A DNA stretch of 64,000 bases from a virus. Position 1 is the stretch's first letter. Each line of letters opens with the position of its first letter. The notes beneath the pieces were generated by a model. That model worked only from the letters and a program-made list of their open reading frames with translations. It ran no database searches and was not told the origin of the DNA. This document shows, one piece after another, positions 41,540 through 48,960 of the stretch. Made by a program: the position numbers and the translations under genes. Location of the stretch: positions 62,278 through 126,277 of the IMG/VR virus record IMGVR_UViG_3300007735_000800. One strand, written 5' to 3'.

Positions 41540-41725
41540 TTAATACAAGTTTTTGAAGAACTCAGCAATAGTCTTGCTGAGTTCTTCTTTTGTTTTAATT
41601 AATTTATTGTATTCTTTTTCAGTATCCTTGCCATCGGTTTCAAGTCTTCCAATTTTATATTGTACATGCGCAAACTCAAAGACCATTTCTTCAATTTGTT
41701 TTGAGGTATATTCTTGACTTGGCAT
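41540..41725 (-). CDS. small coiled-coil protein
   Basis: TTGACT-16-TATATT-6-ATG (MPSQEY). Confidence 0.55.
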   Translation of the reverse strand: MPSQEYTSKQIEEMVFEFAHVQYKIGRLETDGKDTEKEYNKLIKTKEELSKTIAEFFKNLY

Positions 41726-41764
41726 GCGCATAATATATACTGTTGAGTGTAAAAGTCAAGAAAC

Positions 41765-41836
41765 GCGGATGTAACTCAATGGTAGAGTGCTAGCCTTCCA
41801 AGCTTGCTGTTGAGGGTTCGAATCCCTTCATCCGCT
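41765..41836 (+). tRNA. tRNA-Gly(TCC)
   Basis: GCGGATG/CATCCGC acceptor, CTTCCAA loop, TTCGAAT T-loop. Confidence 0.93.
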
Positions 41837-41838
41837 TT

Positions 41839-41910
41839 GCCACTTTAGCTCAACGGAAGAGCAGTGCTTTTGTAAAGCACAGGTTGCGGGTTCGAATCCC
41901 ACAAGTGGCT
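41839..41910 (+). tRNA. tRNA-Thr(TGT)
   Basis: GCCACTT/AAGTGGC, GTGCT-TTTGTAA-AGCAC. Confidence 0.93.
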
Positions 41911-41913
41911 TTT

Positions 41914-41995
41914 GCGAGTATACTCAAGCGGTCAACGAGGACGCGCTGTAAACGCGTTGGCATTGCCTACGGGGGTTCGAATCCCTCTGCTCGCA
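41914..41995 (+). tRNA. tRNA-Tyr(GTA)
   Basis: GCGAGTA/TGCTCGC, ACGCG-CTGTAAA-CGCGT, long variable arm. Confidence 0.92.
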
Positions 41996-42034
41996 TTCGG
42001 CAGACTATAACTCTGCCACTATATAAATATTTGT

Positions 42035-42436
42035 ATGCAAAACTTATTTGAAAATTGTTTGACATCTAAAAAACAAGGTTCGCTGGGCGAGGCAAAAGCA
42101 GTTTACGAATATACCAAATTGGGTTTTATAGTTTCAAAACCATTACAAGATTGTGATTATGATCTAATAGTGGAAAAAAATGGCTTATTAAAAAGAATTC
42201 AAGTTAAAACAACCACACAAATTCCCAAAGGCAAATATTTTGTTTGTAATTTAAGAGTTCTTGGTGGAAACCAATCGTTCAATACAGCAAAAAATAGAAA
42301 TCCAGAAGCGTATGATGAATTATTTGTTTTAGCAAATAATGGAGATTGTTGGAGCATTCCAGTAAATAATTTTAATGCATTAAGCACTTTAACTTTAGAT
42401 AAAAGATTTGAACAGTATAGATTGACAACTAAATAA
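42035..42436 (+). CDS. free-standing PD-(D/E)XK endonuclease (homing-type)
   Basis: QGSLGEAKA...P..D.DYDLIVE...RIQVKTT; inserted in the tRNA cluster behind TATAAATA. Confidence 0.8.
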   Translation: MQNLFENCLTSKKQGSLGEAKAVYEYTKLGFIVSKPLQDCDYDLIVEKNGLLKRIQVKTTTQIPKGKYFVCNLRVLGGNQSFNTAKNRNPEAYDELFVLANNGDCWSIPVNNFNALSTLTLDKRFEQYRLTTK

Positions 42437-42442
42437 TTTTAC

Positions 42443-42538
42443 GCGTAGTCAAGCAGCTGAGGATAAACGGCTAGGCTTATATGGACCTAAGTTTCTAGAA
42501 CTGAGGGTTGAGAATGGGTGCAAGTCCCTCGCTACGCT
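42443..42538 (+). ncRNA. oversized tRNA-like fold A
   Basis: GCGTAGT/GCTACGC closing stem, GGG-TGCAAGT-CCC T-arm-like element, internal hairpins; no clean anticodon loop. Confidence 0.4.
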
Positions 42539-42541
42539 TTT

Positions 42542-42655
42542 GGTGATCGGCGTGGTGAGAACACGCAGTCTTGAGAAGAGTCTTGCCAGCGTAAAACGGT
42601 CTACGATTAATTGACCGACAAAGCTGGGCAAATGGGTTTAAATCCCATATCACCT
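42542..42655 (+). ncRNA. oversized tRNA-like fold B
   Basis: GGTGAT/ATCACC stacked on ATGGG-TTTAAAT-CCCAT; GCGTG/CACGC and CCAGC/GCTGG arms, the latter enclosing CGGTC/GACCG. Confidence 0.45.
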
Positions 42656-42658
42656 TTT

Positions 42659-43273
42659 ATGCATAACATTAACATTCCACATTTTTATTGTCTTTTAAGA
42701 AAAGAACATCTTTACCAAGATGAAAAATTTAAAGGTGAATATGAAAAGGTAACGGTTTTTTCAGCTCAGTCTAATCCAGACCGAGCGATGCTTTTTTCTG
42801 TGATGTTGGACAATGGAACCATAAGAAGCAGAGTTCCAATCAATAAACTCTGCAGTAGAGAATCTGCAATTCAACCATTGGATCATTTGCAGCTATGGGA
42901 TTGCTTCTCTATGAATTGCACGGTAATTTCATATGATTATTTGAAGGGTTCAAGGGCAAAAGTAATATTCAAAGATAAGACTTATTCATGGGGAAATTAC
43001 ATGATGACATTTGATTGGTATGACAATCCATACAGCGATGCCCCCACCCAATATAAATGTCTTCATATGATTGAATTGGATAATGGAAATTATGCATTGC
43101 AGCCAAACAACAGAATTTATTGGAAACATATGTCTTTTGTCACAAAACCATTTCCAATGAATCCAGATTACAAAGTTGACAACAAAATTTATAGATGCGA
43201 AGACAAGAGCGACAGATGGATTGTCACCGGTGATGATGATCAATATTATTATGATATAGAAGAAGATAAATAA
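42659..43273 (+). CDS. conserved phage hypothetical protein
   Basis: HNINIPHFYCLLRKEHLY...ALQPNNRI pattern; start at MHNINI. Confidence 0.6.
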   Translation: MHNINIPHFYCLLRKEHLYQDEKFKGEYEKVTVFSAQSNPDRAMLFSVMLDNGTIRSRVPINKLCSRESAIQPLDHLQLWDCFSMNCTVISYDYLKGSRAKVIFKDKTYSWGNYMMTFDWYDNPYSDAPTQYKCLHMIELDNGNYALQPNNRIYWKHMSFVTKPFPMNPDYKVDNKIYRCEDKSDRWIVTGDDDQYYYDIEEDK

Positions 43274-43277
43274 AAAT

Positions 43278-43600
43278 GGTATTGTTGATAACGGATTGAA
43301 ATGCGACAACACAGGGGTTCGATTCCCCTCGGCTCCATTAGCCTAACCGAAGGATTCTGCAATTCCTTAGAGATGGCGATCCAAGTCCTCGTAGCAGCGG
43401 GGCAATCCCCGAAGTCCTAGGCTTCGGGAATCAGGGGCTGAAATGGCTTCGACTGGCGCAGAGTAATGAAGAAGGAGATACCCGTTACTGGCAACGAGGA
43501 ACGTGAAACAACAGTTGCAAATTTAATTGCCGAAGAATTGGCAATAGCTGCTTAAAGCAGTGGGGTTTCCCGGTTTTCCCGCATCTGAAAAACCGGGATT
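43278..43600 (+). ncRNA. ssrA: circularly permuted two-piece tmRNA (acceptor piece about 43278-43337, intervening 43338-43433, coding piece from 43434)
   Basis: T-arm AGGGG-TTCGATT-CCCCT plus CGGCTCCA lies upstream of GGGGCTG...TTCGAC; G3:U70 pair; tag GCA 43517 to TAA 43555 = ANLIAEELAIAA. Confidence 0.88.
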
Positions 43601-43606
43601 TTTTAT
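43568..43606 (+). terminator. intrinsic terminator after tmRNA
   Basis: TCCCGGTTTT...AAAACCGGGA followed by a T-run. Confidence 0.7.
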
Positions 43607-43622
43607 TGGCATAAATATTTTT

Positions 43623-44219
43623 ATGATTATAAAATCTGGAAAACATTGGTTGGTGAAAGATTCCTCTGGTAAGAAAATATTAGGAAGACACCCATCAAAA
43701 GAAAAAGCAGTCAAACAACTGGCAGCTATTGAAATTTCAAAGAAAAAACGCGGTGTGAAAGAACAAGCAGAAAGCATAAATAATTTTATGAATCCAACAG
43801 ACAACTACTTTAAATTAAAATGCGCAGATCTTTATGAACAAAAGAAAATTTTGTTAAATTATTTAAGAAAACTCGATGAGGATATTGCATCTGTAGCACA
43901 ACAACCAACACAACAACAAAATCAACAACAAACCCAACAATCAGTAAAAGGCATGGGGAAGCGTGGAAAAAAGATGATTGGACAACAGGGTGAAGAGCAA
44001 CCTCAAGATCCAAGAATTCCAGTTCAAATGCAAGGATTTGCTGGTACACCACAACTTCAAGCAGCTCGTCTCGATGTTATTCAAAAATATTCTGACAACC
44101 CAATGACACAGCAAATAGAAGAGCCAGGAGAAGTAAGTTGGCAAAATGTTAATGCCAGCATCGGAAATGAGAGACAAGAAGCTTTACGTAAACTAATGAT
44201 TCAACAGAGAATGGCATAA
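43623..44219 (+). CDS. Gln-rich late protein
   Basis: TAAATA 5 nt before ATG (MIIKSG); KKILGRHPSKEKAVKQLAAIEISK module. Confidence 0.6.
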   Translation: MIIKSGKHWLVKDSSGKKILGRHPSKEKAVKQLAAIEISKKKRGVKEQAESINNFMNPTDNYFKLKCADLYEQKKILLNYLRKLDEDIASVAQQPTQQQNQQQTQQSVKGMGKRGKKMIGQQGEEQPQDPRIPVQMQGFAGTPQLQAARLDVIQKYSDNPMTQQIEEPGEVSWQNVNASIGNERQEALRKLMIQQRMA

Positions 44220-44221
44220 AA

Positions 44222-44881
44222 ATGAATAGCAAACAAGAAAAACATTTAATCCAATATTACGAAAATTTAGCAGAAGAGCTATCTTACAAAGTAAATCTTC
44301 TGGAAAAGATTATTGCAAAAAAGAAAGCCGCAAAGAAAAAGGCAAAAAAAGACTACGACAAAGACGGAAAGCTTGAATCACCAGAAGAAGAATGGAAGGG
44401 TTCAAGAGATGCTGCCATCAAGATGAACATGGCAAAGAAATCAAAGAAAAAATTTGCTTCAAAGAAAAAACAAAAACTTCAAGAGGGAACTGTAATAACT
44501 GACGGAGAACTTTGCTACGGTGGGTTCCCAAGAATTTTAAGAGAAAATGAAGAAGAAGGAAACTGGCAAGAATTTATTGGATTGGTAAATCAAGCCCAAA
44601 GAGGTTATTTTGACAGCTTGCCAGGAATAAAAGGGAAAAAAACAATGCCTTCCCATATTGATAGAATGGTAACAGCATTCATTAATGACCCGTCAGAAGC
44701 TGGAGATAATGTTACTGATGATTTAATCCAAGCAGGATTCCCAGCAGAGACAATTGGAAGGGCCGCAAGAATCAGAAGAGCTTCCATTAAGCAGCAGAAA
44801 GCTTCTCAAGGAAGATCTGATCCATCATTGCGTGGCACTTATAGACCAGGCTTTGACAGAAGCGCTTCACCGTTTGATTAA
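44222..44881 (+). CDS. late protein with coiled-coil leader and DYDKDGKLES motif
   Basis: YYENLAEELSYKVNLLE leader; LQE and LRE motifs. Confidence 0.6.
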   Translation: MNSKQEKHLIQYYENLAEELSYKVNLLEKIIAKKKAAKKKAKKDYDKDGKLESPEEEWKGSRDAAIKMNMAKKSKKKFASKKKQKLQEGTVITDGELCYGGFPRILRENEEEGNWQEFIGLVNQAQRGYFDSLPGIKGKKTMPSHIDRMVTAFINDPSEAGDNVTDDLIQAGFPAETIGRAARIRRASIKQQKASQGRSDPSLRGTYRPGFDRSASPFD

Positions 44882-44911
44882 AAAAACACCAAAGAGAGTA
44901 TCTTTGGTCCG

Positions 44912-44945
44912 ACAACCCCGAGATGTTCGGGGTTGTTTCTTTTTA
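44912..44945. terminator. intrinsic terminator between convergent genes
   Basis: ACAACCCCGA-GATGT-TCGGGGTTGT then TTCTTTTT. Confidence 0.8.
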
Positions 44946-45194
44946 TCTCTCTACGAATTCAACCCAGTCTTGGTGGACTACGTGATTTCCTGCATAGCCA
45001 TCTTTGAGCTTGCTTACATCCCACCAAACAACATCACCAACCTGAATGTCTTCGGTCAACTTGTTGCCAACGGCAATAACCCTGGCAGGAATAATCTTTG
45101 ATTTTGATTTTTCCTGGAATATGATTCCGGCTTCGGTTTTCTTTTCACCACCAATTAACGATTTTGCGACGATCCATTTTCCTACTGGTTTCAT
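44943..45194 (-). CDS. groES: GroES/Cpn10-like co-chaperonin
   Basis: MKPVGKWIV...EKKTEAGII...ARVIAVG...IQVGDVV. Confidence 0.75.
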   Translation of the reverse strand: MKPVGKWIVAKSLIGGEKKTEAGIIFQEKSKSKIIPARVIAVGNKLTEDIQVGDVVWWDVSKLKDGYAGNHVVHQDWVEFVER

Positions 45195-45301
45195 TTTTCG
45201 TTCCAATCTTCTATAATGCAGTAAATGCCGTATACAAATATTCCTATTCCTATGGCAAATATAGTTCCTATAATACTCCAACCAATTATCTTGTCCGTCA
45301 T
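45191..45301 (-). CDS. 36-aa membrane peptide (not in ORF track)
   Basis: MTDKIIGWSIIGTIFAIGIGIFVYGIYCIIEDWNEK*; stop overlaps the groES start. Confidence 0.45.
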   Translation of the reverse strand: MTDKIIGWSIIGTIFAIGIGIFVYGIYCIIEDWNEK

Positions 45302-45303
45302 AA

Positions 45304-45374
45304 TTCCTTCGCTAGGATTCGAACCTAGAAAGAGAGATCCAAAGTCTCCCGTGTTACCGTTACACCACGAAGGA
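45304..45374 (-). tRNA. tRNA-Gln(TTG)
   Basis: TCCTTCG/CGAAGGA, GGAGA-CTTTGGA-TCTCT, TTCGAAT. Confidence 0.92.
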
Positions 45375-45923
45375 GGATATCTTGCTGCAATAATTATTCA
45401 TTATTATTCCAGAGGCAGTTCCGACATTGATGCTGCGAACTGATCCATACTGGGGAATATAAAGAACATCATCACACATACTTAGCACGTCCGAAGGAAT
45501 GCCGATTTGCTCCTGTCCGAACACCATTATGTAATGTGTACCGGGATCAAAGTCATAAGCATTTACATCCTTGGACTCGGGAACATTGTCTATTCCGATG
45601 ATTTTGATTCTTTGTCCCCCAGCAACACACTCATTAGTAACATTGACAAAAAAATTGGATAGAGAATCAATATCACGTACATGATGGAAATTAGTGTAGT
45701 GATGCGTTCCAACAGTGCCGCGCCTATCGTATTTTTTCTTTCCATAGATTACGACTTCTTTCGCCAAGAACGCATTAGCGTTGCGAATAATGGTTGCAAT
45801 ATTAAAATCATTGCCAATATTGCAACAGACAACTGAATAATTAAAACGCTTGTCGTCCAAGTCTGCACGAATTGCGTCGTCTCTCCAATACTTGTAGTGG
45901 TCAATCAGGTTCCTCGTGTCCAT
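45360..45923 (-). CDS. SpoU/TrmH-family RNA 2'-O-methyltransferase
   Basis: NIGNDFNIATIIRNANAF, FGQEQIGI, YIPQYGSVRSINVGTASGI SPOUT motifs. Confidence 0.88.
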   Translation of the reverse strand: MDTRNLIDHYKYWRDDAIRADLDDKRFNYSVVCCNIGNDFNIATIIRNANAFLAKEVVIYGKKKYDRRGTVGTHHYTNFHHVRDIDSLSNFFVNVTNECVAGGQRIKIIGIDNVPESKDVNAYDFDPGTHYIMVFGQEQIGIPSDVLSMCDDVLYIPQYGSVRSINVGTASGIIMNNYCSKISSFVV

Positions 45924-46150
45924 TATTCATCTTTGCCTTTGCCCCATCCAATGGGCAAATTAACATTGTTGGGAATGAACTTTGGCTTGTTCAGTTCTCG
46001 GTAGATTTCAAGTTCTCTGTTTGCAGCATCCAGTTGAATGCGCATGACACGAAGTTCTTCGGCAGCGTCACGACAGATATCGGCTGCTTCCATCTGGGCG
46101 TGTCTCCATTTTTCGGAAAGTTCTCTTATTTTTTGTTCAGTCGTATTCAT
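45923..46150 (-). CDS. small coiled-coil protein
   Basis: Start at MNTTEQ, 7 nt after TATACT. Confidence 0.5.
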   Translation of the reverse strand: MNTTEQKIRELSEKWRHAQMEAADICRDAAEELRVMRIQLDAANRELEIYRELNKPKFIPNNVNLPIGWGKGKDE

Positions 46151-46318
46151 GGCAACTAGTATAGCATCTGGTGACAAAATAACAAATTAAAAGCAATCCC
46201 AAAAGATAAAACGCTGAATACTTTCCATCAATTACACCCAATAAAACCCATATGGTTAATGCATATGAAAAAATCATTGACATAAACCAAAGTAATTTTT
46301 CATGTTTTGTACTCATAA

Positions 46319-46392
46319 TGATCCTGACGGGATTCGAACCCGTGTTATGGCCTTGAAAGGGCCGTGTCCTAGACCGACTAGACGACAGGACC
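46319..46392 (-). tRNA. tRNA-Glu(TTC)
   Basis: GGTCCTG/CAGGATC, CTTTCAA loop, ACGGG-TTCGAAT-CCCGT. Confidence 0.92.
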
Positions 46393-46394
46393 GA

Positions 46395-46559
46395 TCAATC
46401 AAACTTAGCACGAATTTCGGATGCCAGGAAACCAACAATCATTCCAATGATGCTACCAACAACAGCACCCTCGTAGTTGTAATGGAAAGCATAGCCTACG
46501 ATGTTGATCGAAATCAAAACCGATATTGGAACTGCAAGTTTGTTTAGTAGAATTTTCAT
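46395..46559 (-). CDS. small two-TM membrane protein
   Basis: MKILLNKLAVPISVLISINIVG...AVVGSIIGMIVGFLA; behind TTGACT-16-TATAAT. Confidence 0.5.
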   Translation of the reverse strand: MKILLNKLAVPISVLISINIVGYAFHYNYEGAVVGSIIGMIVGFLASEIRAKFD

Positions 46560-46597
46560 GATTATTATTATACTATGTATTTTGAATAAGTCAAGAA

Positions 46598-46671
46598 TCG
46601 GGTATGCTGGATTTGAACCAACGACTTCTTGCTCCCAAAGCAAGCGCTCTACCAAGCTGAGCTAATACCCG
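46598..46671 (-). tRNA. tRNA-Pro(TGG)
   Basis: CGGGTAT/ATACCCG, CTTGC-TTTGGGA-GCAAG. Confidence 0.93.
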
Positions 46672-46689
46672 TTAAAGCTAAATATTTAT

Positions 46690-46995
46690 ATGCTTTCCTT
46701 CAAACAATTCCTCGTAGAAAAATCACCCGCATGGCAACGCAAGGAAGGTAAAGATCCTGAAGGTGGCCTCAACAAAAAAGGTGTAGCATCCTATCGCAGG
46801 CAGAATCCCGGTTCAAAACTGCAAACAGCAGTTACCGAGAAGCCATCAAAACTAAAGCCAGGATCAAAGAAGGCCAAGAGAAGAAAATCATTCTGCAGCC
46901 GCATGAAGGGAATGAAGGCGAAGTTGACATCGAAGAAGACCGCAAACGATCCAAACTCAAGAATCAATAAGTCCTTGAGAAAATGGAATTGTTAG
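46690..46995 (+). CDS. basic late protein of a T4-like conserved family
   Basis: MLSFKQFLVE leader; AWQRKEGKDPEGGLNKKG...RRKSFCSRM. Confidence 0.7.
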   Translation: MLSFKQFLVEKSPAWQRKEGKDPEGGLNKKGVASYRRQNPGSKLQTAVTEKPSKLKPGSKKAKRRKSFCSRMKGMKAKLTSKKTANDPNSRINKSLRKWNC

Positions 46996-47297
46996 TTTAG
47001 TCCCAGTTCTTCATCCAATTCAGCAAGCCGCTGCATCGCTTCCTGCGGTCCCTTCCACTTGGCGATCTTGTCCTGCATTGCCTTGATGCGTTCGGGTGTG
47101 CGGAACTTCTCCATGAAGCCACAGGTGCATGAGACAAACTCATCGTCATCGACATGGATGAGCAGACCGTCCCACTCCTCGCACCAATGCCATCCATCGT
47201 TCAGTTCCTCTGCGGTGAGCATGACATCCTCATTGCCATCGAAAGGCTGCATGAGGTAGTTCCAACGCTCTTTGGTCATTTTATGCTTGTTACACAT
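46992..47297 (-). CDS. hypothetical protein
   Basis: Coupled ORF; GWHWCEEWDGLLI. Confidence 0.55.
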   Translation of the reverse strand: MCNKHKMTKERWNYLMQPFDGNEDVMLTAEELNDGWHWCEEWDGLLIHVDDDEFVSCTCGFMEKFRTPERIKAMQDKIAKWKGPQEAMQRLAELDEELGLN

Positions 47298-47712
47298 TTT
47301 CGTCAGTCCTCAAAGAACCGTAACCTTTGCCACGCACAAAGAACTGCTCTTCGTGATGCGTAAATCCAAAGCACTGTTTACTATACTCCAAGATGATTTC
47401 CTTGTCAAACTTATTACAGGAATACACATCAAGAGTGATAAAATGAGTGGGTTCAATTGAGTGAATCTGAATTCCACTCTCAATCAAGGGAACCCATCCG
47501 CTGACACCAGCCTTGGCCGGATAGAGTTCCTTTCCAGCCTTGGTTGGAGCATGTATGACGAATGGTTGACTCATGCGAGTCATTCCTATCTTGTCCACGA
47601 CTCTCTCAAGGAATCTGTAGTGGAGTTCAAGATCATCTGCCGCACCTTCACGGCAGTCATACATGTCCAAAAAGTAAGAATAACCAAACGGATTTTCAAT
47701 TTTTTTACTCAT
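47290..47712 (-). CDS. speD: S-adenosylmethionine decarboxylase proenzyme-like protein
   Basis: G.SG..PLIES autocleavage site, IH..P, LDVYSC. Confidence 0.75.
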   Translation of the reverse strand: MSKKIENPFGYSYFLDMYDCREGAADDLELHYRFLERVVDKIGMTRMSQPFVIHAPTKAGKELYPAKAGVSGWVPLIESGIQIHSIEPTHFITLDVYSCNKFDKEIILEYSKQCFGFTHHEEQFFVRGKGYGSLRTDENV

Positions 47713-47908
47713 TTGTGTCCTCTCTTAAGGAGTCCCATCTATCTCTGTCCATTTCAACTCTTCGATATTCATCAAGCAGGTTTTCGCACTCACGCAGTTC
47801 CTCGCGCAACCGCTCAATCTCATTGGCTGCTTTCTGGCAATGCAGTTCAACGGAACGATCATTGTGAAGAATGCTGCGGAGCCATGTAACGATATCTGTG
47901 TCACTCAT
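47705..47908 (-). CDS. hypothetical protein
   Basis: DIVTWLR...AANEIERLR pattern; coupled ORF. Confidence 0.55.
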   Translation of the reverse strand: MSDTDIVTWLRSILHNDRSVELHCQKAANEIERLREELRECENLLDEYRRVEMDRDRWDSLREDTNE

Positions 47909-48215
47909 CGCCTAGATCCTCATACTTGGGAGGTACTGCCTTGCCACCATCAACTATAACACCATTCATCGTCTTGTCAAGTTTGCCTTCGGGAGTATTG
48001 AAGCAGTCCCATCCCATGCGCTCGGCATGGTCACGGGCAGAGCCGTTCCTAGGAACTCCTCTTTCGTCGCAGCCCAGCGTTTCCTCTTTCTCGCAAGCCA
48101 TCCGCCTCGCCTCGTCACGCTCGCGCTTGAGGATGTTGCACTTCACGATCAGGGCTTGCAGTTCCTGCTCCACGGTGCTCTTGCGTTCTGCGATCAGCGT
48201 TTCAACCTTGTTCAT
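47901..48215 (-). CDS. ERDEARR/GWDCF cassette protein
   Basis: Start MNKVET after AAAGGAG; KRERDEARR...GWDCF. Confidence 0.6.
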   Translation of the reverse strand: MNKVETLIAERKSTVEQELQALIVKCNILKRERDEARRMACEKEETLGCDERGVPRNGSARDHAERMGWDCFNTPEGKLDKTMNGVIVDGGKAVPPKYEDLGDE

Positions 48216-48349
48216 GTATTCTCCTTTGTCAAGTGTTTGATGATGCTCCACACGGCACGCGCCGTGCATTCGATTCCGATCACGAGTCCGACCAGCATGC
48301 CGATTACGAATCCGCCGAGTGCGGCCACGGCAATGGTGCAGTCAGTCAT
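48212..48349 (-). CDS. small membrane protein
   Basis: MTDCTIAVAALGGFVIGMLVGLVIGI; AAGGAG SD. Confidence 0.5.
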   Translation of the reverse strand: MTDCTIAVAALGGFVIGMLVGLVIGIECTARAVWSIIKHLTKENT

Positions 48350-48635
48350 CGATGTTCTCCTTGAAGCAGTCCCATCCCATTTCCTTTGCAATGCTCTCCG
48401 TGGTGTTCTTTTCTCCAAGATTCTTCGTGATCTCTTGGAACGCAATGCAGTAGAGCCGCCTCGCCTCGTCGCGCTCGGCGCGGAGCCGTTCCATCTCCTC
48501 GGTGACATCCTTCAACTGTGACCGCAGGCACTCAATCAGGTGTGTTCCATCCAAGTTGGTGCTGCTCAAGCCACGGGTGGCTTCAAGAATCTGCACGCTC
48601 TTCTGTTCGTAGTTGCAACGGCGGAACTTAAACAT
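48342..48635 (-). CDS. ERDEARR/GWDCF cassette protein
   Basis: Start MFKFRR; RAERDEARR...GWDCFKENIDD. Confidence 0.6.
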   Translation of the reverse strand: MFKFRRCNYEQKSVQILEATRGLSSTNLDGTHLIECLRSQLKDVTEEMERLRAERDEARRLYCIAFQEITKNLGEKNTTESIAKEMGWDCFKENIDD

Positions 48636-48960
48636 CGGTGTTCTCCTTGAACAAGTTGTAAATGGCTTCAAGATGCCCGTTGCTCTCCGCGCCGTGTTCT
48701 ATGCGGCAGTCGATCTCATTGAGGATGCGTGCCGTTTGCAGTCTCGCCTCGTCGCGCTCCTCCATCATGCGGCGCATCTCATTGCAGATGCATGAGTAGT
48801 CACGGCGCAGCCGCTCAATCTCCTTGATGGCACACTCAATGTCGTAAGCGGAAGCCGCAGGGGAGGCAAAGATGTCTGCAATCCCGCCGACCTCCCTAAT
48901 GGTTGTAGCGATCTGCTGAAGGCGGGGGATGGGGTCGAAGTTGTTGGTAGTGTCAGTCAT
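48628..48960 (-). CDS. ERDEAR cassette protein
   Basis: Start MTDTT; EERDEAR...LFKENTDV. Confidence 0.6.
   Translation of the reverse strand: MTDTTNNFDPIPRLQQIATTIREVGGIADIFASPAASAYDIECAIKEIERLRRDYSCICNEMRRMMEERDEARLQTARILNEIDCRIEHGAESNGHLEAIYNLFKENTDV

Noticed and set aside
42443-42538. Fold A as tRNA-Sec (similar length)
   Set aside because: No TCA anticodon loop and no extended acceptor/D-stem geometry
42480-42600. TPP, FMN or cobalamin riboswitch suggested by TGAGA, GGTGCAAGTCC and TGCCAGCGTA
   Set aside because: Motifs are not in the required order or helices; better explained by tRNA-like folds
43385-43400. TCCTCGT as the L3 loop of an HDV-like (theta) ribozyme in the tmRNA spacer
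   Set aside because: Flanking bases cannot form P3, and P1/P2 could not be assigned
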